Part shown: positions 19,101 to 28,151 of the stretch, one piece after another
Layout of the letters: every line of letters starts with the position of its first letter
Numbering within the stretch: the stretch's first letter is position 1
NCBI GenBank assembly: GCA_964644105.1
Contig: CAZXVX010000001.1
Coordinates: 1,909-65,908, forward strand
DNA: 64,000 nucleotides
Origin: an uncultured Terracidiphilus sp.
GTDB lineage: Bacteria; Acidobacteriota; Terriglobia; Terriglobales; Acidobacteriaceae
Direction of reading: 5' to 3'
Position numbers and translations under genes: made by a program
Notes under the pieces: generated by a model
The model's database searches: none
Told to the model about the DNA's origin: nothing
The model's input: only the letters and a program-made list of their open reading frames with translations

Positions 19101-19850
19101 CTACACAATTTTGGATAGATCCGCCTGAAGCTGGGCCTGATCGAAGCCGTTGGGTGATCCGTTGGCGGTGAGCCAATCCTGGCTGAAGAGGGTATGCGCC
19201 TCGTCGCAGTACTTTTTCCAAAAGGCCAAGGTCATCGTCTTGGGCGCGCCCCAGGTGATGCAGGTAAAGCTTTTGGCGTCGTACTTGGGCACAAAAACGC
19301 AGTGGCCGCCCCAACTGCCGGGCTTGGCTTTGGCCCCTCCGCCTTTGACCACATCCCAGACATCCTGGGTTTGGGCGGTCAACGGCAGGCTGAGGCCGAT
19401 ATAGACGCCACCAAAAAGAGCGATCGATTGCTGAATCTCGACGATGTTGGACGCCTTGGGGTCAGCGAATGCCAGAAGCTCATTGCCGGCAAAGCCGTTC
19501 TTCTTCCAATCGTTTAGCACGTCCAGTTCCACACCGCCGTTATCGGTCGAGGGGTTGCCGGGGACGTAGCCATCCCACTGCTCGTAGTAGCTCTCGATGG
19601 TGGGATCGGGGATGGTAACCTCGGCGCCGGTGTTGGCCGTCCAGACCTGCACGGCGTGACCGCAGCCGGCGATGGTGCAGTCTCCGAGGGTATCGTTCAG
19701 CATCATGCCCCAACTGGTGATGCCTTTGGTCCAGTCGGCGGCAGCGGGCGGAGGAGGAAGCGCCGGGGTGAGGTACTTGGCAAAAGCCAGGGTGCGCGTG
19801 TCGGTCTTGATGGCCTTGCGACCCAATTTCATGTTGGAATGATCTGCCAT
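19101..19850 (-). CDS. Putative papain-like cysteine peptidase
   Basis: NDTLGDCTIAG (Cys), GGHCV (His) and CITWG in papain-like spacing. AGGAG RBS. Confidence 0.65.
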   Translation of the reverse strand: MADHSNMKLGRKAIKTDTRTLAFAKYLTPALPPPPAAADWTKGITSWGMMLNDTLGDCTIAGCGHAVQVWTANTGAEVTIPDPTIESYYEQWDGYVPGNPSTDNGGVELDVLNDWKKNGFAGNELLAFADPKASNIVEIQQSIALFGGVYIGLSLPLTAQTQDVWDVVKGGGAKAKPGSWGGHCVFVPKYDAKSFTCITWGAPKTMTLAFWKKYCDEAHTLFSQDWLTANGSPNGFDQAQLQADLSKIV

Positions 19851-20104
19851 GGGGGAACTCCTTTAATATGGTTTGGTGGAGAGATCGCCGCAAGCGACGT
19901 GGATAAACTGTGCCAAAATCAGACAGCTTTATCCAGATTACCTTGAATGGTGCGATTCATATGCAAACTGTTTCATTGCGTTTGCATCAAAAGAAAAATG
20001 CTGCCGCAGCGGGGTTTGATTTGGCTCTTCCGGAGGGATGAATGCGGAATCTCGACCGGAGGAGATCAGATGCATTTCGATTAAGGTTAGTGGAGGCGGA
20101 GACA

Positions 20105-20686
20105 ATGACGGGACGTATGTTGCTGGGGGTGTTGCTGGGGATGGTGCTGGTGCCGATCATCTTGTTGACCTGGTTGCGTTTTGGAAACGTGCCGGTGGCG
20201 GTGACCGATCCGCCACTCTTTCAGGAGAAGCTGCTGACCGGAATTCCGCTGCACGCGCGCATCCACCGCGAGATGAAAAAGAGCCCGGTGATCACGCCTG
20301 ACGAGGCGGCGCTGGTCTCCGGCGCGCACATTTACAGCGAGAAGTGCGCCGTTTGCCACGGCTACCACGGCAAGCCCTCGCAGACGGGCGGCTTCATGTA
20401 CCCGGCCGCGCCCCCGCTCTGGGAGGATCACCACCATAACGGCACCATCGGCGTCAGCGACGACCCCCCAGGCGAAACCTATTGGAAGGTGGCCAACGGC
20501 ATACGCCTGACCGGAATGCCGGCCTACGCAGGGCAACTCTCCGAGGCCGAAATGTGGAATGTAAGCCTGCTGCTGGCCAACGCCGACAAGCCGCTGCCGC
20601 CGCAGGCGGTGGAGATTCTGCGTGGCGAGACGGCGGTAGTTCCGGCTGCCGAGGTAACGAAGATTCCGGCTCTTGAGACAAAGTAG
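20105..20686 (+). CDS. Membrane-anchored c-type cytochrome
   Basis: CAVCH heme motif, MYPAAPPL, WKVANGIRLTGMPAY. GGAG RBS before ATG 20105. Confidence 0.9.
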   Translation: MTGRMLLGVLLGMVLVPIILLTWLRFGNVPVAVTDPPLFQEKLLTGIPLHARIHREMKKSPVITPDEAALVSGAHIYSEKCAVCHGYHGKPSQTGGFMYPAAPPLWEDHHHNGTIGVSDDPPGETYWKVANGIRLTGMPAYAGQLSEAEMWNVSLLLANADKPLPPQAVEILRGETAVVPAAEVTKIPALETK

Positions 20687-20719
20687 CGCTCATCGTACGA
20701 TGGAAGACGGAGAAACTCA

Positions 20720-20848
20720 ATGACTGAACTGATCGGCGCTTTTTTCGAGGCAATCGGAGCGATTCTTGAGAGCATAGGCTTTTCTGCCTCTGGAAAAAAT
20801 CCGAAACCGAAGCGCAATGCAGCTCCTAAGAGAGAATCCGGCAAGTGA
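20720..20848 (+). CDS. Small unannotated protein A (42 aa)
   Basis: GGAG RBS. MTELIGAFFEAIGAILESIGFSASGKNPKPKRNAAPKRESGK, similar to the ORF at 21640. Confidence 0.5.
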   Translation: MTELIGAFFEAIGAILESIGFSASGKNPKPKRNAAPKRESGK

Positions 20849-20865
20849 CGTCACAATTGCGCGTA

Positions 20866-20900
20866 TTAACCTACTTGCTAAAATTAACCAAGAAGGGTAA
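20866..20900. promoter_or_regulatory. Tandem MqsA-type operator palindromes
   Basis: TTAACC-N5-GGGTAA (20884-20900) and degenerate TTAACC-N5-GCTAAA (20866-20882) just upstream of mqsR, resembling E. coli TAACC-N5-GGTTA. Confidence 0.6.
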
Positions 20901-20909
20901 TCTCCAATC

Positions 20910-21206
20910 ATGGAGAAACGCACTCCACACTGTCCGCTTGTCCGCGTCAAGGAGCTGATTCAGGCGGGCAAGGTGCGTCCCACGCAATCCGCGCGATTTG
21001 GTGCCAAAGCACTCGGCATCAATATCCAGGGAATGATTGCCGTGGTTTCTTCATTGACCATGAAAGATTTTTACAAATCAATGACCACCCATGCCGACCA
21101 CCGGATTTGGCAAGATGTGTATCACCCAATCACGAAGGCGGGCGCAATCTACCTCAAGTTAACCGTCATTGACGATGTGCTGATTGTCTCGTTCAAGGAG
21201 CTATGA
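20910..21206 (+). CDS. mqsR: MqsR family mRNA interferase toxin
   Basis: MEKRTPH, DFYKSMTT..DHRIWQDVY and VLIVSFKE. Confidence 0.95.
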   Translation: MEKRTPHCPLVRVKELIQAGKVRPTQSARFGAKALGINIQGMIAVVSSLTMKDFYKSMTTHADHRIWQDVYHPITKAGAIYLKLTVIDDVLIVSFKEL

Positions 21207-21607
21207 CCATGAAATGCCCAGAGTGCGGCGCAGCGGAGTTAATCCACGATACCCGCGACCTTCCCTACACCTACAAGAATGAAACAACGATGATTACCAC
21301 AACCGGCGACTTTTGCCCCGCTTGCGGTGAATCCGTTCACGACATGGCCGATAGTGAGCGATTTATGCGCGCGATGCAGGCCTTCGATCAGCAGGTCAAC
21401 GCCGCCATCGTCGATCCGGGCTACATCGTCAGCGTGCGCAAGAAGCTGGCTCTGGATCAGCGCGAGGCGGCGGAGATCTTCGGCGGCGGCGTCAACGCCT
21501 TCTCGCGTTACGAGAATGGCCGCACCCGTCCCTCGCTGGCTCTGGTCAAGCTGCTCAAACTCCTCGACCGCCACCCCGACCTGCTCCAGGAGATTCGAAC
21601 CGCGTAA
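21203..21607 (+). CDS. mqsA: MqsA family antitoxin (Zn finger + HTH)
   Basis: MKCPECG, CPACGE, FGGGVNAFSRYE and LLKLLDRHPDLL. ATGA overlap with mqsR. Confidence 0.95.
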   Translation: MTMKCPECGAAELIHDTRDLPYTYKNETTMITTTGDFCPACGESVHDMADSERFMRAMQAFDQQVNAAIVDPGYIVSVRKKLALDQREAAEIFGGGVNAFSRYENGRTRPSLALVKLLKLLDRHPDLLQEIRTA

Positions 21608-21639
21608 GCCACCGGAACAAAGTTGAAAGGACTACAACC

Positions 21640-21765
21640 ATGAGCGTGCTCCAATCGCTGCGCAAAGGCTTCAATCTCTTCCTGCTGAGCATGGGCGTCT
21701 CGGCGCCGGCCAAAAAGCCGCAACCCGCGCCAAAACCCAACTCCAAATCCGATTCCGGCTCATAA
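21640..21765 (+). CDS. Small unannotated protein B (41 aa)
   Basis: AAAGGA RBS. MSVLQSLRKGFNLFLLSMGVSAPAKKPQPAPKPNSKSDSGS. Confidence 0.55.
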   Translation: MSVLQSLRKGFNLFLLSMGVSAPAKKPQPAPKPNSKSDSGS

Positions 21766-21783
21766 ATTGGTAGAATCGAATCC

Positions 21784-22842
21784 ATGACCGACTTCCCCCG
21801 TCTGACCCGCCAACAGGCTCTCGACCACTTCCGCTCCCCCGACCTGATCGGCCTGGGCTTCGAGGCCGATGCCGTGCGCCGCCGCCTGCATCCCGAGGGT
21901 GTGGTTAGCTACATCATCGACCGCAACATCAACTACACCAACTTCTGCACCGAGTACTGCACCTTCTGCGCCTTCTACCGGCCGCTCAAAGGACCCCGAT
22001 CGGAAGAAGGCTACATCCTCGACTTCGAGAAGATTTACGAGAAGATCGCCGAGACGCTGGAGATGGGCGGCACCGGCGTGCTGATGCAGGGCGGCATTCA
22101 TCCCGACCTCAAGATCGATTGGTTCGAGCGGCTCTTTAGCGGCATCAAGCAGCGCTTTCCGCAAATCTGGCTGCATTGCCTTACCTCTTCGGAGATCCTG
22201 GCCATTGCACGCTACTCCGATCTGAGCCTGCGCGAGACGATTATCCGGCTGCGGGCGGCGGGGCTGGATTCCATCCCTGGCGGCGGCGCGGAGATTTTGG
22301 ACGACGATGTTCGCCATCGCATTGCGCGCATCAAATGCAACACCGAAGATTGGGTCAGCGTGCATCGCACCGCGCACCAGTTGGGAATGCGCACCACGGC
22401 GACGATGATGTTCGGAGTGGGCGAAACATTCGAGCAGCGCATCAATCACTTTGAAGTAATCCGCCGTCTGCAAGAGGAGACCGGCGGCTTCACGGCCTTT
22501 ATCCCATGGAGCTTCCAGCCCAAGCACACCGCCCTCGGCGGGCGCGGCTGGGAGGAAGCGACTTCGGTCGAATATCTTAAAACTCTGGCTATCTCGCGCT
22601 TGTATCTCGATAACATCGAGAATGTGCAGGCAAGCTGGGTGACGCAAGGCTTAAAAGTGCTGGAGTTAGGACTCCATTTCGGCGGTAACGATGTTGGCTC
22701 CGTGATGCTGGAAGAAAATGTCGTCAAGGCCGCCGGGACAAGTAACTGTACGACGGAAGAAGAACTGCGCCGCATCATCCGCGATGCCGGATTCAAGCCC
22801 GTGCAGCGAGATACGCTCTATCGGACGATGTATTTGAACTGA
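21784..22842 (+). CDS. mqnC: Cyclic dehypoxanthine futalosine synthase (radical SAM, CofH/MqnC family)
   Basis: YIIDRNINYTNFCTEYCTFCAFYR, SIPGGGAEIL, GGFTAFIPW, QASWVTQG and MLEENVV. Confidence 0.9.
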   Translation: MTDFPRLTRQQALDHFRSPDLIGLGFEADAVRRRLHPEGVVSYIIDRNINYTNFCTEYCTFCAFYRPLKGPRSEEGYILDFEKIYEKIAETLEMGGTGVLMQGGIHPDLKIDWFERLFSGIKQRFPQIWLHCLTSSEILAIARYSDLSLRETIIRLRAAGLDSIPGGGAEILDDDVRHRIARIKCNTEDWVSVHRTAHQLGMRTTATMMFGVGETFEQRINHFEVIRRLQEETGGFTAFIPWSFQPKHTALGGRGWEEATSVEYLKTLAISRLYLDNIENVQASWVTQGLKVLELGLHFGGNDVGSVMLEENVVKAAGTSNCTTEEELRRIIRDAGFKPVQRDTLYRTMYLN

Positions 22843-22991
22843 GGCTGTAGTCGTCCCGAATTCAGTTGTGTTCAAGAGTGCGCTTAAAACCTTTCCGCTT
22901 TTTACATGAATCGAGCAGAGATTATCTGGAGTTTCATTTGAACTCTGGCTCGCAGAGATGCGGTCAAAGTCAAATAGATGTATTTGTACAA

Positions 22992-24542
22992 TTATTCTGG
23001 TTTTCCGGCGGGAGTCAACACGGGCACAAACTCCGTTGCGCAGCCTTCCAGGCACCGGACTTTCTGGAATTGCGCCTCTTCATCTTTGCTGAAGGGATGA
23101 TCGATTTTGTTTTTCGCGTAATATTCACGATGTGCGTTGAGAAAAGTGTCATCCATGCCGTCGGAAAGAAGGTTGAAATTCCGGTCAAATGCATAGAGGA
23201 TCGTGCATCCACTGGGCGCGGTGAGCCAGCACTCCTTCACCTCAATCTGGATGCTATTGGCATCTATTACTAGTTCCATACCCTCGTTATACATTGCCGT
23301 ATCGCGATTCAAGTCGCTGCGCGCGAAGAGCAGGCGCAAGCTCTCGTGCGCCACCCCCATGCCGTGAATCTGCACCTCGGGGCGCGCTATCTCCGAGGAC
23401 GCGCCGGCGAGCCGGTCCGGATCAAGGACGATCAGCGTCGCCTGGTGATAGCCATTGTTGATTCCAAGTGCGATGATCTGCTCACGCCCCTTGTGGCTAG
23501 CTAGCGCGAAATGAAAAAGATGGCCGGAGTGCCAATACTCGCTTAGCGTCTTGCCGTGAGCGTCGAGCAGGGCGATCTGGGTTGGATAGTAAAACTCATG
23601 CCGGCTCATGACCACAATGCGCCGCGGATGCCCCGGCGCAGCCTCTAACACCCCGAAACCCATGGTGAGGTACACCGCCGGCGAACCGCTAAGTTCCGGC
23701 AGATCTCTTCCGGGAGTCCAGCGCCACTTTTCCTTGCCCCGGTCCGTATAGCAGATCAGCGTGGTTGAATGCGACTTTCGATCAGTGTCTTGCTGATAAG
23801 TGAATAGAACATCGGTGTGGCCGTCCCCGTCCAGATCGCCAAACCAAAGATGCGGTTCCACGCCATCCTGGGTGTAGAGATTTTGGAAGCCAGGGTGGTA
23901 GTAGTCATACCAGAATCCTGCAGGAAAGTTCTTGCGCCAGAGTACCTGGCCTTCCGCATTCAAGATCACCAAGGTCTTGTTTTCCAGGCGACCAGAGGCC
24001 GGACGCCGATCAGCCGTCGAATTTTGGTGAACGAAATAGAGAATAAGGCCAATGAGTATGATTCCTGCCATGATACCCATCCAATGCAAGCGCTTCAGCG
24101 CAGGCGAAGGCACAGGCGGAATGGGGCTGAGAGGTGGAGGATCGGCTGGATTGACCATATCTGTCTCATCCGGCGGACAATGCGGACTTTCGACGGGAAT
24201 CCTGAACTCCGCAGCAATCCAACGCCGCTCCTTCGTGCCATCCTGGCCGCTAACCACACGGCTAGGAAGAGAGATGGTAATGGAATCGAACTGCCCTTCC
24301 GAGCTGTAGTAGCGCTCCAGAGCCTTGCGCAGCCTGGTTCTTTCGGTCGCCAAGTCAGCGGAAGTCTTTGACCTGGCTTCCTCCGGCCAAAGCCTTTGAA
24401 TGATGCGGTCCGGTTTCAGAGTTGCTTGAGACTGCAAATCGGAAGAGAGAATCTCCAACAGCATTTTCAGCTGTTTTTTGCCTGCGAAGCTGGCGCTGCG
24501 CAGGATTCTGCCGATTTGTTCCTGAAGTTCAACCTGATCCAT
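22992..24542 (-). CDS. Single-pass membrane protein with helical cytoplasmic N-domain and FG-GAP-like periplasmic domain
   Basis: N-terminal ILRSASF...RLRKALERYY, Pro-rich linker, TM segment, GDLDGDGHTDVLF. Confidence 0.7.
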   Translation of the reverse strand: MDQVELQEQIGRILRSASFAGKKQLKMLLEILSSDLQSQATLKPDRIIQRLWPEEARSKTSADLATERTRLRKALERYYSSEGQFDSITISLPSRVVSGQDGTKERRWIAAEFRIPVESPHCPPDETDMVNPADPPPLSPIPPVPSPALKRLHWMGIMAGIILIGLILYFVHQNSTADRRPASGRLENKTLVILNAEGQVLWRKNFPAGFWYDYYHPGFQNLYTQDGVEPHLWFGDLDGDGHTDVLFTYQQDTDRKSHSTTLICYTDRGKEKWRWTPGRDLPELSGSPAVYLTMGFGVLEAAPGHPRRIVVMSRHEFYYPTQIALLDAHGKTLSEYWHSGHLFHFALASHKGREQIIALGINNGYHQATLIVLDPDRLAGASSEIARPEVQIHGMGVAHESLRLLFARSDLNRDTAMYNEGMELVIDANSIQIEVKECWLTAPSGCTILYAFDRNFNLLSDGMDDTFLNAHREYYAKNKIDHPFSKDEEAQFQKVRCLEGCATEFVPVLTPAGKPE

Positions 24543-24829
24543 GGTCTCGGCAAATTCACCTTTTTAGGGGGCGTTCGAGGCACCCAACTGCTTTGCGGGC
24601 AGGGATTGACTCGATTATGTCATTTCATCGCGGCAGGGGGCAACGGAAATGAGGCTTAGACAGATGGAATGGGTCAGAATACGAACTCATCGGTTTGCAA
24701 CCCCAAAGTTTATTAAAACTTTGCACGCGCTGTCAGTTGCGGCTGTTGGGCTGCCAAACTCCAAACTCGCCGGCGTACATGAAGTATGCACAAACACGGC
24801 TCCACGCTTGGCGGCTTCATAAAAGCGGA

Positions 24830-25030
24830 AGTTCGGTCGTGGCGCTCACACTGGGTGCAGCCAGCATCTGGTTGGTCAGTCATACGTCTTACCTGGCCAA
24901 GCTCATGCTGACCTCAGCCTCTAACATTGTCGCGCCTTCGGACAAAACCATAACCATGACCGTGAATGGCGCTTCCACGGAAATTGTTGCCGAAACCTAC
25001 ACAGGGACCATCGACCTGGAAGTGCAGTAA
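24830..25030 (+). pseudogene. Probable C-terminal remnant of a beta-helix/surface protein
   Basis: LTLGAASIWLVSHTSYLAKL...APSDKTITMTVNG...TYTGTIDLEVQ reads like a protein C-terminus. No credible start or RBS. Confidence 0.4.
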
Positions 25031-25164
25031 TTCAATTTCACGAAGCATTTTGCATCTCTCACTGCCCATCCTACTAGCACTTCTATTTCGCCCTTTGCAA
25101 AGTTGCGGCCTATATCTTCTTTGGAGCATCTATAACTGGACGAAATGGCGAAAATGAAAGTACA

Positions 25165-25917
25165 TTAAACTACAGTTTGCGAGAGAGTGTTTTGTGGTTC
25201 GCTCACGTGCTCATTGAACCGGTATCCAACATACGCGTCCGTCAGCAGGTACTGGGGATGATGTGGATCATCTTCGATCTTCTTGCGCAACTGGCGGACA
25301 AAGGTGCGGAGGTATTCAAGCTCGTTGCCATACTCCGGTCCCCACACGGATTTAAGCAGGCGTGCGTGCGGAATCGGTTCTCCAGCGTGCATCATCAGGT
25401 AATGCAGCATCTCAAACTCTTTGGGAGTCAGGTGAATCGGCCGCCCATTTTTCAAAACCCGGTATTTCACTGGATCCAGCTCCAACTGGCCATGACGAAG
25501 GGGCGCGTCCTGATTGGTGTCCTGAGCATTTCTTCGACGCACAGCCGAGCGCAATCGCGCCGAGAGTTCCCGCACCTGAAAGGGCTTGGTGATGTAGTCG
25601 TCGGCACCCGCATCCAGTGCCAGCACCTTGTCGTCTTCGCTATCGAGTACTGTCAACATCAGGATCGGCAAGCGTGCGATGGCGCGCCGGATGCAGCGGC
25701 AGGCCTCCATACCTCCCATTCCTGGCATATCCACATCCAGCAGTACCGCATCGAACCACGAGACACGCACCAGTGATAATGCCTCTTCGCCGCGAGCCGC
25801 CTCTACTACCGTGAAGCCCAGGCCAGTTAATGTCGCTCGCAACGCACGGCGAGTCGAACTGTCGTCGTCTACCACAAGAACGCTGCCTTCTGTCAGATTC
25901 GCGGTTTCCATATTCAT
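25165..25917 (-). CDS. KdpE-like OmpR-family response regulator
   Basis: VLVVDDD, LLDVDMPG, ALDAGADDYITKPF, VWGPEY...YLRTFVRQLRKKIEDDP. Confidence 0.92.
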   Translation of the reverse strand: MNMETANLTEGSVLVVDDDSSTRRALRATLTGLGFTVVEAARGEEALSLVRVSWFDAVLLDVDMPGMGGMEACRCIRRAIARLPILMLTVLDSEDDKVLALDAGADDYITKPFQVRELSARLRSAVRRRNAQDTNQDAPLRHGQLELDPVKYRVLKNGRPIHLTPKEFEMLHYLMMHAGEPIPHARLLKSVWGPEYGNELEYLRTFVRQLRKKIEDDPHHPQYLLTDAYVGYRFNEHVSEPQNTLSQTVV

Positions 25918-27386
25918 AAACTCCTTTTCGGGTTAATTGGCAGGGATAAAAAGAAAGTCGTTCCTTCCAGTTCGTCGCTGATGACCCACACATGACCGTG
26001 ATGAGCCTCTGCTGCTTTTCTTACTGCAGAGAGCCCAATGCCAGTGCCAGGCACAGTATTCCTCACGTCTGTATCCCGAAAAAAGCGCTCAAAAACCCTC
26101 TCCCTGTTCTCAATGCGAATCGTCGGTCCAATGTTATGCACGGAAAGGATCACTTCAGTACAACTAGTTCGCGCAGCAATATCGATCTGCGTCGAGGGAG
26201 TTGAATATTTCAAAGCGTTGCTGAGATACTGCGAGAGAATCATCTCCAGAAGCCCGCGGTCCACATGCATTGTCAGTTTAGGGTCATCCATATCCACCTT
26301 GATACGGCCGATATCTGACTGAGGCGAATTGGCAAATAGCACCTCCTCGACAAGCTCTTTCACGTTGACTTCGTCTGTCTGCAGGCTTAACTGATCCGCT
26401 TCCAGCTTTGCCGTCTGCAGCAACCTCGAACAAAGTTGATTCAAGCGCGTGGCTTCTTCATCGATTAGCGTGACCAGATTGCGCTGCAAGTCGCTCAATC
26501 CACCCAGCTCCAAAAGGCCGGAACTGGCAGTCTGAACTGCCGTCAAAGGCGTTTTCAGCTCATGCGCCAGCGCGTCCATCACGGCCGCGCGAAGATGCTC
26601 ACCCCTGCTTGCCGACTCGGCCCGTTCTTCTTTTTCAAAGGACTGATGGCGATCAATTGCCAGCGCGGCAAGCGAAGCAAGAGCATCGACGATAAGTGGA
26701 CTCAACTCTCCACGAACCACTAAAGCGCCAACGGATCCCGACCCAACTTGCAAAATACGCTGTGAAATCTGCGCCTGTGGATCGTCCAGCGAAAGATTGC
26801 GCAGAAAACATTCCTTCGCCAGATTCTCCTCCCCATCGTCCCATTCACCGGCCTGATCCTGACGTCCGAGGTTTGCATCAAATATAGCCACCGCATTGAT
26901 GCTAAATATCCCTTCAATCAAAAGAACAAGTTGAGGGCCGGGAGCCTGGCGCGGATCAATTAGAAGTGAATTGCGACTCAATTCATACAGCCGCTTCATT
27001 CCGACGCGATGGAGCGCAGCCTCTTGCGCATTTCTTAATTCTCTTGCGGAAAGTCTGCTCACAATGAGCGCGGTTATCTCAAACTCCGCCAACGCGACCC
27101 AATCGTTCGGATCATTCAAATCAAAGTGAAAAACCGGCGGAAGAAAATAGTAGTCCATGCAAAGAACCGCAATTAGTGAAGTAAACGTCGCTTGCCAAAA
27201 TCCAAACGTTACTGCAATTGCGATGATAAGCAGAAGATACAGAAAACTGATCGCCAGCGGGTTGAAGTTAGTAATAAATCCAATATATGTCAGGATGGCT
27301 AGCAACCCGAAGATCGCCAGGCTCTGTGCCGCAACTCGTAACTTCTGCGGCGTTCTCGACCATTTCAGCGCTACTGAATTGTTCAT
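25914..27386 (-). CDS. KdpD-like sensor histidine kinase (DUF4118 + HisKA + HATPase), no N-terminal KdpD/Usp domains
   Basis: Four TM segments with DYYFLPP, AHELKTPLT H-box, NALKYS and GTGIGL. Confidence 0.9.
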   Translation of the reverse strand: MNNSVALKWSRTPQKLRVAAQSLAIFGLLAILTYIGFITNFNPLAISFLYLLLIIAIAVTFGFWQATFTSLIAVLCMDYYFLPPVFHFDLNDPNDWVALAEFEITALIVSRLSARELRNAQEAALHRVGMKRLYELSRNSLLIDPRQAPGPQLVLLIEGIFSINAVAIFDANLGRQDQAGEWDDGEENLAKECFLRNLSLDDPQAQISQRILQVGSGSVGALVVRGELSPLIVDALASLAALAIDRHQSFEKEERAESASRGEHLRAAVMDALAHELKTPLTAVQTASSGLLELGGLSDLQRNLVTLIDEEATRLNQLCSRLLQTAKLEADQLSLQTDEVNVKELVEEVLFANSPQSDIGRIKVDMDDPKLTMHVDRGLLEMILSQYLSNALKYSTPSTQIDIAARTSCTEVILSVHNIGPTIRIENRERVFERFFRDTDVRNTVPGTGIGLSAVRKAAEAHHGHVWVISDELEGTTFFLSLPINPKRSL

Positions 27387-27503
27387 AGGACCTGCATCGC
27401 GCTCGAGCAGCTATCATTGAGAGCTGTTGATAGCATAATTTGATTTGCGTTAATAATATATAAGGGAAAGAAAAGAATTTAAAAAGCAAGCGCCGGTTAG
27501 TAA

Positions 27504-27543
27504 CATAAAGAAAAAATAAGTAATATATGAAGATGCTATAGGG
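27504..27543 (-). promoter_or_regulatory. 11-bp-periodic direct repeats, candidate KdpE-like operator
   Basis: CATAAAG, AATAAGT, TATGAAG and TATAGGG start at 27504, 27515, 27526 and 27537, upstream of the kinase gene. Confidence 0.55.
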
Positions 27544-27630
27544 AAAAGAGCACAAACGGAATATTAACCAGTTCGCGTTCTTTCCCCTATCTGGCGCTGC
27601 ATCAGGACTATCATGCAGAGTCCGTTGCTC

Positions 27631-28029
27631 CTAGTTAACCAACGCAGGAGTTCCAGGAGCGGCCATCTGGCTGTACTTCGCTTCCAGCGCTCCGGCCTCG
27701 GAAGCCTTGGACATGTTGTACTCGTAAAAACTGCGTGCCGAGTCCATGGGTCGTGGGTACTTGCCAATCCTCCCGGTTACTCCCTTGCTTTTAAGTTCCC
27801 AATCCTTCTTCGCTTCCGCAGCCTGTTGCAGGTAATCATCGCGCCTCGCACTGTAATAGCTTGCGAGGGCCTTGTATTGTTCCGGTGTATGCGCTTCGGC
27901 CACCATCCTTTTCAGTTGAAGATGGGTGAAATGGGCGCTAGTCCCGCCGGAAGAAGCCGTCGACTGTGCGCATACAACACCAGCGAATGCGATTGATAGA
28001 AAGCTAATTGCGAATAGGTTTCGAGTCAT
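27631..28029 (-). CDS. Secreted helical hypothetical protein
   Basis: AGGAGG RBS and signal peptide MTRNLFAISFLSIAFAGVVCA. Confidence 0.75.
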   Translation of the reverse strand: MTRNLFAISFLSIAFAGVVCAQSTASSGGTSAHFTHLQLKRMVAEAHTPEQYKALASYYSARRDDYLQQAAEAKKDWELKSKGVTGRIGKYPRPMDSARSFYEYNMSKASEAGALEAKYSQMAAPGTPALVN

Positions 28030-28057
28030 GTGCATTTCCTCCTGATATCTAGTATCC

Positions 28058-28100
28058 CGAGATAACATGAGGGACGCATGAAGAGAATGACAGGAAAGTT
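28058..28100 (-). promoter_or_regulatory. Shared upstream motif (CATGAGG-N4-CATGAAGAG)
   Basis: ACATGAGGGACGCATGAAGAGAATGACAGGAAAGT, closely matching 37792-37826. Confidence 0.6.
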
Positions 28101-28151
28101 ATTATATTTACCCCGCATATTCTGCGCAAGAATATACGGCATAAATGAGTT

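Noticed and set aside
19899-19935. DnaA-box-like sequences
   Set aside because: Only imperfect matches forming one inverted repeat, with no origin context.
25165-27386. Assigning kdpD/kdpE gene symbols
   Set aside because: The kinase lacks the N-terminal KdpD and Usp domains and no kdpFABC is in the window.
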